Origin: Ascidiella aspersa
Lineage: Eukaryota
DNA: 64,000 nucleotides
Assembly (NCBI GenBank): GCA_963924565.1
Contig: OZ004610.1
Location: 6,076,001 to 6,140,000, forward strand
Direction of reading: 5' to 3'
Of the stretch, positions 36,750 to 49,400 are shown piece after piece. Each line of letters opens with the position of its first letter. Position 1 is the stretch's first letter. Below the pieces are notes generated by a model, which saw only the letters and a list, made by a program, of their open reading frames with translations, ran no database searches and was not told the DNA's origin. The translations under genes were made by a program, and so were the position numbers.

Positions 36750-37587
36750 AAACAACAGTACTGAATTGACTGATGAACAAAAGGCAAAAATCGCAACCCT
36801 TACCCAGGAATTGAAGGAAAAAATGGAAACAGCAATTGCTGAGTACACTGCAAAATTGTTGGCTAGTCTCCTCGAATGCGCTGCAAAGTTGAATGCTTGG
36901 CCACTCGAATTACGAAGATTGCTGATTACAAGAAGAAACTTGAAGATAGCGGCGACAAACAAAGATCAGATTTGTTGGATTCTTTGGTCAAGGTTCGTAA
37001 AAATCATCTTTTAGCAAAAGTTTAAATTTGTCTTATATAATTAGAGAATTAGTAACTTGTTATATTTCTATTATTGTGATATAAACTCTTGTGTGTTTGC
37101 AGACCAAGAATGCTTTCTGGAAGACATACGTTGCAATGTATGAGTTCCATCACGGCGAAACTCGTCCCGATTCGGTCAACGTGCTTGGTCTTGCTTACGC
37201 TGATAAGCTGGTGATCTACTGCAAAGTTGGTGCTTCACTACACTTGCTGCGCCAAGTGTTACGTGGGAAGATTCTGTATGCCGAGATTCTGCTACGGAAG
37301 CTACTTCAGCTGGAAGTTCACACTTCCTTGTGTTAATTCCTACAGCTACTGCTACACCAGATATGTGTAAGTTTTTGCGTTTTAATGATACACTTTTTTG
37401 TGTATCATTATTTGATACGCAAATCAGTAACTAAAATTTCGAACTTATAATATCGCACTGTTTTCATGTGACGTAATGTAACTTTTAAAATTGTTTGCTG
37501 CTGTTGATGTTTCTTTTTTTGTTTTGCAGACGCACCTGCAGTTACCGTGTCAGGTATTGCAGCGGATACTACAGATACTGCGCCTAA
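36750..37587 (+). pseudogene. psiR: 3' remnant (exons 9-11) with two frameshifting deletions
   Basis: Exon 9 starts at 36750 and lacks 70 bp (AAGTT|GAATGC). Exon 10 lacks 47 bp (TGCAA|AGTTGG). Exon 11 ends at stop 37585-37587. Exons 1-8 are absent. Confidence 0.9.
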
Positions 37588-39169
37588 CCTTGAAACCAAG
37601 AAATGTAGCGCATTTCGAAAGCCCGTAGTAATACAGAAAAATAAATTCATCTGAAATATACCTGTGTGCTGTTTTAGTTATTTTGTTACTCGAAGTTTTA
37701 TCTAAATCATTATTGTTTGTGTGAAATGATTCTTTAGGAAGAAAGTTCTAAGGGGTTAAATGAATGTTAGCACTTGGTGGAGATGATTAAAGACACAAGA
37801 TACTCTTAAGGATAATCGACAAATTATCATCAACGAAGTAAGGCAAACCAGAATCCTCTGGCTCTAAAATATTTGCCCGGTCGCTCAAAAACTGTTAAAT
37901 TTTAATATAAAAATAAAAAAAATACCTTTTAAATCTTTTTTTAAGTACCACTTCGTATTTGCCTTAGTTAAAACAATATAATTTTAATAAAATTAACAGA
38001 AGACCAAGTAATTTTACAACATACAAATATAGTTGAAACTCGGGCATATCTGATAACAATGCAAGTATGGTAATATGAACAATTTTATCCAAAAGACCTT
38101 ATGGCAGAGTTTACAATATGCCCTCTGGTCCGAACAAATTGCCTGCTAAAGCAGATACTCTACTCGACGGCTTCAAGTAGAGTATAACTACCAGCATTTT
38201 AAGCAATTCGTTAAGTCATTTGTCGAAATCATTTAAGTACACTTAGTTCAAGTCATTAACTTATGTAAGTACAACACTGACAAATAGGCTACCCTAGTAT
38301 ATTAACTATAAAAAAAATATATATATAAAAGACGCACATAACACGCATTGGACAATATATTTGAACATCATAAAATATCCAATTAAATTTACTGCGGTAC
38401 TAGGAGACTGTACGTTATGAAAAATATAATACTCTAAGTTTAATTTTCCAAGTCTATACGCTAAACTAAATTCTTGTTTGTATTAATAAAATTCTTGTTT
38501 TACCTGAAGCTAAAATGTTTTAATCCACAATTAACTCGTTCTTTGGGACCCTACACTGTGATTAAAGTAATATTTGGCAAAAAGTAAAAGCGTATATAGG
38601 CATAAGATTGATTTATTCACCAGGACTTCTTGATCTTCGGCTCAAGGAATTTAGTTTGGGGGACACCGGACATAAAAGTTTTCGAATATATGGATACATC
38701 AATGGATGTTAACTTTTTTACCAGTTGGGTACATCGTTTATTTATAGTTTAAGTTAACAAAACGTAATTTGTAAATTTACGTTATACTCGTTTTTTAATT
38801 TAAGCAACGGAAAGCATGCGAGTTTATTTTGTGGCCTCGAACGCTGTCGGGTAAAAGTGATGAAATCAAATAAAAAAGAAAATCTATTTAAATGGTAAAA
38901 GTTGGAAAAACTTTTGTTTTGGCGCGGCTTTGGTCCATGTCAATGGCTAATTTTCCCATCTTAAATTAATACGGAATACGTCACGTTTCACACAGCCACG
39001 GTTTACAAATGACAAATTAAATTGCAGTTGTAACAGGAAAACGTTAAAACAAGCGCGTGCTGGACTGTACAGGATGCTCTGGAATTTTGTCTTTGCGAAA
39101 GGTGACCCTACCTTCTGTGATTAATTACAAGCCTTTGAACCGATTTTTTTCTTTCAATAAGGCTTATGA

Positions 39170-39308
39170 AACATGTTTGCATGGGCCCGGTTCTCGTCAC
39201 AATGCTCCAGGGCATGAGAGGCGAGCATGACGCATTCTGTGGGACTTGTGTGTTTAGCGAAACTCGTAACTTGCGGCGCGCTCACGTTGCAAATGTCGCG
39301 ATGACTCG
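39170..39308. promoter_or_regulatory. Conserved non-coding element copy (inverted) upstream of C
   Basis: Reverse complement of the 15469/21876 element, in the same orientation relative to its gene. Confidence 0.55.
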
Positions 39309-41985
39309 CTGTATGCTTAGACCCAGAAACAACTTGGGCCCGCTCGGTTCCCTGGCTGATGGTGGACAATTTGTTCCTACGTTTCGCTTGGTTTAATATT
39401 CAAGAAGAAAACAATTAAAATCTGTAAAAAAACTTCAAAATACGATGATAAACCAGAGCTTTCGAACTGGCACTGGAGTGCGATGGTTAGGTTCAGTATG
39501 GCGGTGTGTACCCACCCATCCCTGGATGCTTGCCTGATGTGCTAATTTTTTTGTACTTGGTTTTTAATCCATGTTCTGTTTTTTTAACGAATTTCAAATT
39601 AGGTTTCGCAAAAACTAAGAAAGTTTACACAGCTACAGCAAACGTTTTAAGGGTTCAAACGAATTGAGCAGGAAGTTTGTCGGCATTATTTTCGCCAGTG
39701 CTTCTCAGAATTATCAGTCGCCAATTCCTTTTAATTTCCTAAACTAGCACCGACTTGAACGTTTTACAAAGACAAGCAAAATGTTTTTATTTGTCTGATT
39801 TTCCGTGCGCATTTGTTAACGACAAGGTAATATAGGCCTACTCGCCAGCCCTAAAACACTTTGAATGAGTAACAGTTTATGCAAACCCTGGCTTAAATAT
39901 TAGTGTCAATAACAATATTTGGTAACACAATATGTCGTTGCTAAACTGTTTGGTAACATTTCATTATTATAGAATGAAAAGTAGACGTAAAATCTGTGAT
40001 GGAAGACCAGTTGATCACCAATATAACTTATCGCTTGAGTTAAAACAAACCACCCACAAAACGCGACATTCGACCAACAAACTGAAGAAAGTCATCGACG
40101 TCACCCCTTCAAGCATCCGAACGAATATCGATGAGTAAACACCGGACGACAAAATTGCAACTAAACAAACCAAATCGTCGTGGTGTGTTTTTTTAGGACA
40201 AACCATGAGCCACTCAACACGAAATCGCAATGTTAAACGATTAAAATACACCGAAGAAATAGAGTGTACTTCAATTGTTGCCTTAGTGTCTCAGTATTTT
40301 TTTACGTACATCAATTGCAGCGGACTATGGGTAAGCACATCATATCCGCATTTATGTGCTGTATGCATAATCACTAATTCAAAGATGTAGAGAGAAAGAA
40401 ATTGCACGACTTTGGTATTGCATTAACCCAACTTAAATTTTAGCAGGCCGATAAATATTTGTGCCTTTGTAGAGTGAACTCTCTGGCCTTTCAAACACAT
40501 CCCTGTCGGGTGAATCAATTGATCTTGTACTATTCGCCCAGTCTACCGTAGTTTTTCAAATATTTTAATGAATGGATAAGTGGCTGAACAATTTTTTAAC
40601 TTGTGTTCCACTAAGAAAACAACAAAACACGAATGGCACTTCCCAAACTTATAATTCAAAATCAAACATTATTTCTAAAGGGAAACTATTATAAATGTAA
40701 AAGTTGATGCATAAATCAAATACATTTTATATTTTTATGAGTAGGCCTATGTACATTTGTTGAAACATGCTTTGGATTGGTTAAATACCGTAGGATCGTA
40801 TAAGTGGGTGTGTAATTTGCACGCATTAAACACTTTTTCACAGTCTATATCAGATACAAAATAAAGCAAATTATGATAGGAGTTCTACAAATCACTTCAC
40901 CTAAAAAGCTTTATAAATCACTAAATGCACCAAAATGTCAATAATCAAATAAGCCATATTTTCAAACGCGATATAATTCTACCAAGTCAAATAGGATGAT
41001 CAGTATCCCCACTTTAATTATGTAAACAAATATCTCAAGTAAACACTGAACGGAACAAGTACAACTAATCATACCAAAATGACAAGGTGTGTTTTTTGCA
41101 CAAACCATAAGAGCCTTTGCAGTCAGCGACCTTTGAAAAAACACTCAATACGCAAACACAAAGTAAAACGGTTTAAATTTATGTACATTGGAGAACTCGA
41201 GTGTACTTTATCTGTTTGCCGCAACTCAACATTTTCATTTTAACATCATTTGATTAATATCTGACGACGCGGGAAATGAGGCGATATCCGTATTGACTTG
41301 ATGTTTGCATAGTAACTAATCAGAGATGTAGAGTGACGATAATGCACGATATTGCTATTGCAATAACCAAACCTAAGGTTTTGCAGTTGGTTGAATAAAC
41401 AAGTTTGTTTTGTAGATCGATCATCAGACTCTCAGAAGTTACTTAATGGGAAAGAGGTACTCAACTCGAAAAATGTGATGTTAACCGCTTTAAAACTTTG
41501 AACAACAAGTGTACTTCATTCGTCGTCGGTGTTACCGAATATTTTTGTTCTTACAACATCATTGAATCAACTTTGTACATGGCTGGAAAACAGATCATAT
41601 CCGCATTGTGCATCCTGTTTGTATAATCGAGACTCAACATGATTGCAGTAACTTTTTTGCGATGCGGAAAAACAGATCATATCCGTATTGTGTATCCTGT
41701 TTGTATAATCGGGACTTCAACACAGGAAGAGAGACGCTAATTGCACGATTTGTTATTGCAGCATACAAACTTAAAATCATCCAGGGAACACTTTAATATG
41801 ACGTATCTCTGTAAAGTGATCTGTTATTTCAGGTGCGGAGAGTCGTTCAGTGTCGTTCACGAGACGAGTTGTTCCTGCTTGTGGCCACGTGCAATGAACA
41901 AGCAAAACATTCAAGTGTCATTAACGATAATATGGATTTGTGATTTTTGCAAGATTAAAGGATCTTGTTTACCGCCATGGAAGCC

Positions 41986-42020
41986 TATAAAAGTCCAGCA
42001 GCGATCAATGCAAATCATTC
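41986..42020 (+). promoter_or_regulatory. TATA box + initiator of copy C
   Basis: TATAAAA 41986-41992, TCATTC 42015-42020. Confidence 0.75.
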
Positions 42021-42062
42021 AGCTCTACCCAAGGAAGAGATTCAATTGGAAGAGAAACAAAG

Positions 42063-45000
42063 ATGAAGATTCTGCTAGTTCTTCTGGCGTGCATTGCCGT
42101 AAGTTGTTGCCATTTCTTTAGGAGTATTTTCTATATTTTATAGACCTATAGCTTACGATTGTGGACAATATTTGTTGCAGGCCTCAAATGCATTTTGCAC
42201 CTACTCCTACTCCTACTACTACAGAAGGCAGTTCTGTGTTCAACCCGCACCACAGACCTTCTGCTTCAACATCTATTTCAACAGAGCCTGGTGTTCCTCC
42301 AAGTTCTACGCTCCCATCCTTAAGTACTACCCAGGAGATGACTGCGGCAAAGATGGTTGGCAAGGTACAAAATGGCCATGCTTTAGGTTAAAATGTAAAA
42401 AGAATAACATATATCAAAACCCAATTATCAATCTCAACTTGTTACAGGGTAGACAACAGTTAAATTTCCTAAGTAAAGATATATTTCCATTTGCAGAACG
42501 CACCATCGCCGAAGTTGAAACTGAAATGAGCAATTTGCTCAAAGAAAGTCTTGCCACCATTGTCAGCGAAATGACCACAAAGAAGAACGCGTGGATCGCA
42601 GACGTTGAGAAGGTTATTGCTGACTACAAGACCGACTTCGCCACATACATCAACAGATACTACGAGTACTATATCTCGTAAGTAGTTCAAACAAATTGGT
42701 TTTGTGAACAATAACAGTACCTAGAGTAGTAGATTATTAATATTTGTAGATCGGTATATAGATGTTTGTGTAGCGATCACTGGTAATTTGATTTCATGTT
42801 GGTGTGCAACAAATTTTTCCACTGGGTCCCTCGTAATAGTGTTATTCAATTCCAATCATTTTTGACTTTCTAGAAATGCCAGCACTGACGAAGAGAAGGC
42901 CGAACTCGAAGCTAAAAGAGACGCCAGGATTGCCAAATACAACGACGATCTTGACAACAGTTAAGCAGAGGCTTTGAAGAGCTACAACACCGCGATGGAA
43001 GCAAAGATCCAGTCTATTACTGATTACCACACCAAGCTCCTTGAGAAGTATATTAATTTGATGTGGTTTTAATTATTGTAAAATCTTATATTTCTAACTT
43101 TATGTTATTATATTGCTGATGCTACGAATCAAAAAAAAACTTCAACACATATTTATTTTATAGTGCTGTAAAATGTCTGACAACCAGACAACAAAAAATC
43201 AAAGAATACACCGAGCAGTTGACTACCAAAATGACCGAATACGTTGAAAAATACTACAAGTATCTTTTGGCGGTCCTCAAGGTTCGTGAAGACCGTTACA
43301 GGAAGACACTTGAAGTTGTTCATGGTAAATTGAGATCGCAAATGCCTAATCTTTAAATAGAATTAATTCTTAAACGATCATATTTTTGCTAGGTGACTAC
43401 GCCGAAGGTTTCAAGGATAAAATCGATGCCGTCATCCAGTCGTTCCACGACCAAGAATGTATTCTGATCAAGACCAAATCTTTGGAATATTTGGCCAAAC
43501 TTTTGATCACCAAAGCCAAGCTGGTTTCCTACTACACATGTTCCTACCGCTGCTACCTCACCAACGGCTGTCTTCAATTCTACAAACGTAGCTATTACAA
43601 CACTTGGTAAATATATTAAATGAAAATTTCAATTGTTTGTTTCAATTTCTTGGATTTCGATATATCTACTTAAAAATAACAGTAAAAAACATGTTTTGAA
43701 TTACCAGAATAAAAATTATGTTTACAAAGGCTCGATTAATATTATAGCAATAAAGCTACTAACTCGTAAAATGTGACAGAACATTTTACTTTTTAGCCGT
43801 TCTTTGGGATGTTGGTGGAGCTACACCAGGTGCTCTTACAAAATGTATGGTTGCTTGTCCGGTTACTCCTACTGCTGGCGTGGCATCAGCTACAAGGGAT
43901 TGAAGACATGTGACGTTGGTAAGATATAGTTAGTAGTTATATGTCATGGACAAGATTAATAACGTAACGCAGATTTTCGCGCTTTATGTTAACTGTAGTT
44001 GCACAATCGTACTGAAAAAATAGAACGATTTTTTGGCTTAATTAAGTGGTGACGTTATTACGTAACTCATTAGATCATATGTAAAAAACAATGATACAGC
44101 AAAGATAAAAAGTTTTCCGTGTCTACAAGTGTTTTTTTAACAGGAACCATTAACAAGAGCGTGGAGGACATCAAAGCAGAACTTGAGGCTCAACTTTCAA
44201 AGGCTGTAGGAGAATATACGACAAAATTCAATGAATGGAAGGCGAAGTGGGCTCAATACCACGTCGATTACATTAAGGCATACAAAGAAATCATCGAGGC
44301 AAGACACGCCAACATCATCAAGTCAAAGACTGCTTACTACGTTTGCTTGTAAGATAAAAATCTTGGTCAATTTCGATTTAAAAAAAATATAACATTTCAT
44401 AAGAACACACTCAAAATATTAGTAACCTATGTCAATATTTACGTTATTCTAAAACATCGCATTTCTATACTCTAAATTTTTGTGTTGCGTTTCAGAAACA
44501 ACAGTACTGAACTGACTGATGAACAAAAGGCAGCAATCGCAGCCCTTACCCAGGAACTGAAGGAAAAAATGGAAACAACAATTGCTGAGTACACTGCAAA
44601 ATTGTTGGCTAGTCTCCTCGAATGCGCCGCAAAGTTCGCCAAGAGCATTGCAGATTACACAACTAAGGTGAACGAAATGATCAAGAGCATCACCGACAAG
44701 TACACCGAATGCTTGGCCACTCGCATTACGAAGATTGCTGATTACAAGAAGAAACTTGAAGATAGCCGCGACAAACAAAGATCAGCTTTGTTGGATTCTT
44801 TGGTCAAGGTTCGCAAAAAACATATATTGACAAAAATCTTAATTTGTGTTATATTATTAGACAATTAACTAATTACCATATTTGTAATATTGTGATCTAA
44901 ACTATTGTGTGCTTGCAGACCAAGAATGCTTTCTGGAAGACATACGTTGCAATGTATGAGTTCCATCACGGCGAAACCCTTCCCGATTCGGTCAACGTGC

Positions 45001-45490
45001 TTGGTAATGCTTATGCTGATAAGCTGGTGATCTATTGCAACTCGATCCTTGCTGAGTTCGATGCCCACTGGACAGACGTCCTCGACAAGTTGGTGCTTCA
45101 CTACACTTGCTGCGCCAAGTGCTACGTGGGAAGATTCTGTATGCCGAGATTCTGCTACGGAAGCTACGTCAGCTGGAAATTCACACTTCCTTGTGTTAAC
45201 TCCTACAGCTACTGTTACACCAGATATGTGTAAGTTGTTTTGTTTAAATTACACAATTTTTTGCTTTAAAACAACAATCAAAAACTAATTTGTAGTAAAA
45301 ACAAATATATCTTTTAACGCGTAATATTGTCGCAGAATAATTTATTTCGAACTTATTGCACTGTTTGCATGTGACGTAATGTAACTTTTAAAATTGGTTG
45401 CTACATTTGATATTTCTTATTTTGTTTTGCAGACGCACCTGCAGTTACCGTGTCAGGTATTGCAGCGGATACTACAGATACTGCGCCTAA
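42063..45490 (+). pseudogene. Copy C: full 11-exon copy with premature stop in exon 4. Exons 42063-42098, 42181-42364, 42497-42677, 42874-43047, 43164-43324, 43393-43606, 43797-43918, 44144-44348, 44496-44808, 44919-45229, 45433-45490
   Basis: In-frame AGT TAA GCA at 42962-42964, where A, B, D and E read AGT AAA GCA (Lys). Otherwise intact. Could be a null allele or a base-call error. Confidence 0.75.
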
Positions 45491-48400
45491 CCTTGAAATC
45501 AAGAAAAGTAGCGCATTCCGAATGCCCGTAGTAATATAAAAAATAAATTCATCCAGAAAATACTTGTGTGTTGTTTTAGTTTGCTTCGTTACGCGAAGAT
45601 TTATCTGAAATATTATTGGTTTTTGTCTGAAACAATTCTCCAGAAATAAAGTATTTTAAAGGGTAAAATGAATGTCTTGCCAAATTTTGAGCACTTGGTG
45701 GCCAAGATTAAACAACAAGATACTCTTAGGGTCAATCGACAAATACCTTAAACGAACTTTGGCAAACCGCAATCCTCTGGTCTCTAAAATGTTTACGCTG
45801 CCGGTGAAAAACAATTAATTTTAATTTAAATCAAAAAATACATTCTTGGTTTATTCTATGAGACCAATGACACTTCATATTTACCGTATTTACAAACAGG
45901 AAGTTTCGTAAAATAAACAGAAAATTAAAGAATTTCATAACATATAACATATTTAAAGACAGACATATTTGATAACAATGTAAATAAGGTTAATTTTTAC
46001 GGTCCGCTTAATACATGAACATTTTTCTCTAAAAAACGTAAATGGATTAAAACCCAGTCAATTCATTTGCACAACATGGTAAATTCAAGTAGAGTGATTT
46101 TGAATAAATAGCAAGTCTCAATCCAAGTAATTTGCTGTGCAAGTGATAAAAATTATTAAACTTTTAAACCTTATGGGAATTTTACATTGTGATCAACATT
46201 TTAAAACACAAACACAAAAACAAAACAAATAGCAAGTCAACATTTTCACATTTCAGAATTGGCTAAAATAACCCAATTTTATTGAAAAGTATTCAACAAA
46301 AGATCTTAACATACGTGAAGGTATTTGTCTAAATAACTTTGATCAAATCATGTCAACACAGTGACTTAAGTGCAATTAGGTCAAGTCATTAGTTTGCTTT
46401 ATTCGCCAGGACTTTTTAGTTGCGATGAGTAGGTGACACCGGATATAAAAGTATTTGGTTTGTAATCCACGTTTATTAGACGAATTTAAAATCAGTTTTC
46501 GCATAAAACCAGAAAAGTTTACACGACTAAAGCAAATGTTTTAAGGTTTCAAACGAATTTAGCAGGAAATTATTCGGCATTATTTTCGCCAGTGCTTTTC
46601 AGATTTTTCAATCGCCGAGTACTTTTAATTTCCTAATCTAGCGCCGGCTTTAAAGTTTTACAGGGACAAGCAAAATGTTTTTATTTGTCTAATTTTCTGT
46701 ACGCATTTGCAAAATCTGTACAACAAATTCAATCAACACGATGATAAACCAAAGCTTCTGAACTGGCAATGCTGCGCGATGTTCAGGTTTAGTATGGCGT
46801 TGTGTCCCCGGCAAACCCTTCATACTTCCCTGATGTGCTAATGTTATGGTCCTTGGTTTTTAATCCATGTTTTGTTTTTTTAACGAATTTCAAATTAGGT
46901 TTCGCAAAAACTAAGAAAGTTTACAAAGCTACAACAAACGTTTTAAGGGTTCAAACGATTTGAGCAGGAAGTTTGTCGGCATTATTTTCGCCAGTGCTTC
47001 TCACAATTATCAGTCGCCAATTCCTTTTAATTTCCTAAACTAGCACCGACTTGAAGGTTTTACAAAGACAAGCAAAATGTTTTTATTTGTCTGATTTTCC
47101 GTGCGCATTTGTTAACGACAAGGTAATATAGGCCTACTCGCCAGCCCTAAAACACTTTGAACGAGTAACAGTTTATGCAAACCCTGGCTTAAATATTAGT
47201 GTCAATAACAATATTTGGTAACACAATATGTGCTAAACTGTTTGGTAACATTTCAATATTATAGAATGAAAAGTAGATGTAAAATCTGTGATGGAAGACC
47301 AGTTGATCACCAATATAACTTATCGCTTGAGTTAAAACAAACCACACACAGTTAGCATAAAAAATTACTAGTGACGTACATTAACTTTTCGAAACGCGAC
47401 ATTCGACCAACAAACTGAAGAAAGTCATCGACGTCACCACTTCAAGCATCCGAACGAATATCGATGAGTAAACACTGGGCGACAAAATTGCAACTAAACA
47501 AACCAAATCGTCGTGGTGTGTTTTTTTAGGACAAACCATGAGCCACTCAACACGAAATCGCAATGTTAAACGATTAAAATACACCGAAGAATTTGAGTGT
47601 ACTTCAATTGTTGCCTTAGTGTCTCAGTATTTTTTTACTGACATCAATTGCAGCGGACTATGGGTAAGCACATCATATCCGCATTTATGTGCTGTATGCA
47701 TAATCACTAATTCAAAGATGTAGAGAGAAAGAAATTTCACGACTTTGGTATTGCATTAACCCAACTTAAATTTTAGCAGGCCGATAAATATTTGTGCCTT
47801 TGTAGAGTGAACTCTCTGGCCTTTCAAACATATCCCTGTCCGGTGAATCAATTGATCTTGTACTATTCGCCAAGTCTACCGTAGTTTTTCAAATATTTTA
47901 ATGAATGGATAAGTGGCTAAACAATTTTTTAACTTGTGTTCCACTAAGAAAACAACAAAACACGAATGGCACTTCCCAAACTTATAATTCAAAATCAAAC
48001 ATTATTTCTAAAGGGAAACTATTATAAATGTAAAAGTTGATGCATAAATCAAATACATTTTATATTTTTATGAGTAGGCCTATGTACATCTTGTTGAAAC
48101 ATGCTTTGGATTGGTTAAATACCGTAGGATCGTATAAGTGGGTGTGTAATTTGCACGCATTAAACACTTTTTCACAGTCTATATCAGATACAAAATAAAG
48201 CAAATTATGATAGGAGTTCTACAAATCACTTCACCTAAAAAGCTTTATAAATCACTAAATGCACCAAAATGTCAAATAAGCCATATTTTCAAACGCGATA
48301 TACTTCTACCAAGTCAAATAGGATGATCAGTATCCCCACTTTAATTATGTAAACAAATATCTCGAGTAAACACTGAACGGAACAAGTACAACTAATCATA

Positions 48401-49323
48401 CCAAAATGACAAGGTGTGTTTTTTGCTCAAACCATAAGAGCCTTTGCAGTCAGCGACCTTTGAAAAAACACTCAATACGCAAACACAAAGTAAAACGGTT
48501 TAAATTTATGTACATTGGAGAACTCGAGTGTACTTTATCTGTTTGCCGCAACTCAATATTTTCATTTTAACGAACATCATTTGATTAATATCTGACGACG
48601 CGGGAAATCAGGCGATATCCGTATTGACTTGATGTTTGCATAGTAACTAATGAGAGATGTAGAGTGACGATAATGCACGATATTGCTATTGCAACAACCA
48701 AACCTAAGGTTTTGCAGTTGGTTGAATAAACAAGTTTGTCTTTGTAGACCGATCATCAGACTCTCAGAAGTTACTTAATGCGAAAGAGGTAGGCCTACTC
48801 AACTCGAAAAATGTGATGTTAACCGCTTTAAAACTTTGAACAACAAGTGTACTTCATTCGTCGTCGGTGTTACCGAATATTTTTGTTCTTACAACATCAT
48901 TGAATCAACTTTGTACATGGCGGGAAAACAGATCATATCCGCATTGTGCATCCTGTTTGTATAATCGGGACTCAACATGATTGCAGTAACTTTTTTGCGA
49001 TGCGGAAAAACAGATCATATCCGTATTGTGTATCCTGTTTGTATAATCGGGACTTCAACACAGGAAGAGAGACGCTAATTGCACGATTTGTTATTGCAGC
49101 ATACAAACTTAAAATCATCCAGGGAACACTTTAATATGACGTATCTCTGTAAAGTGATCTGTTATTTCAGGTGCGGAGAGTCGTTCAGTGTCGTTCACGA
49201 GACGAGTTGTTCCTGCTTGTGGCCACGTGCAATGAACAAGCAAAACATTCAAGTGTCATTAACGATAATATGGATTTGTGATTTTTGGAAGATTAAAGGA
49301 TCTTGTTTACCGCCATGGAAGTC

Positions 49324-49358
49324 TATAAAAGTCCAGCAGCGATCAATGCAAATCATTC
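49324..49358 (+). promoter_or_regulatory. TATA box + initiator of copy D
   Basis: TATAAAA from 49324, TCATTC 49353-49358. Confidence 0.75.
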
Positions 49359-49400
49359 AGCTCTACCCAAGGAAGAGATTCAATTGGAAGAGAAACAAAG

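Noticed and set aside
41741-42121. 126-aa ORF MHDLLLQ... repeated in every unit (also 27138, 34274, 49079, 56427)
   Set aside because: It starts at TTG, spans the TATA box, 5' UTR and exon 1 in the wrong frame, and recurs only because the unit is duplicated.
42161-42391. Mucin-like PTPTTT ORFs
   Set aside because: Shifted frame of the TAC/TCC-rich exon 2. The splice-compatible frame is the Tyr/Cys one conserved in P.
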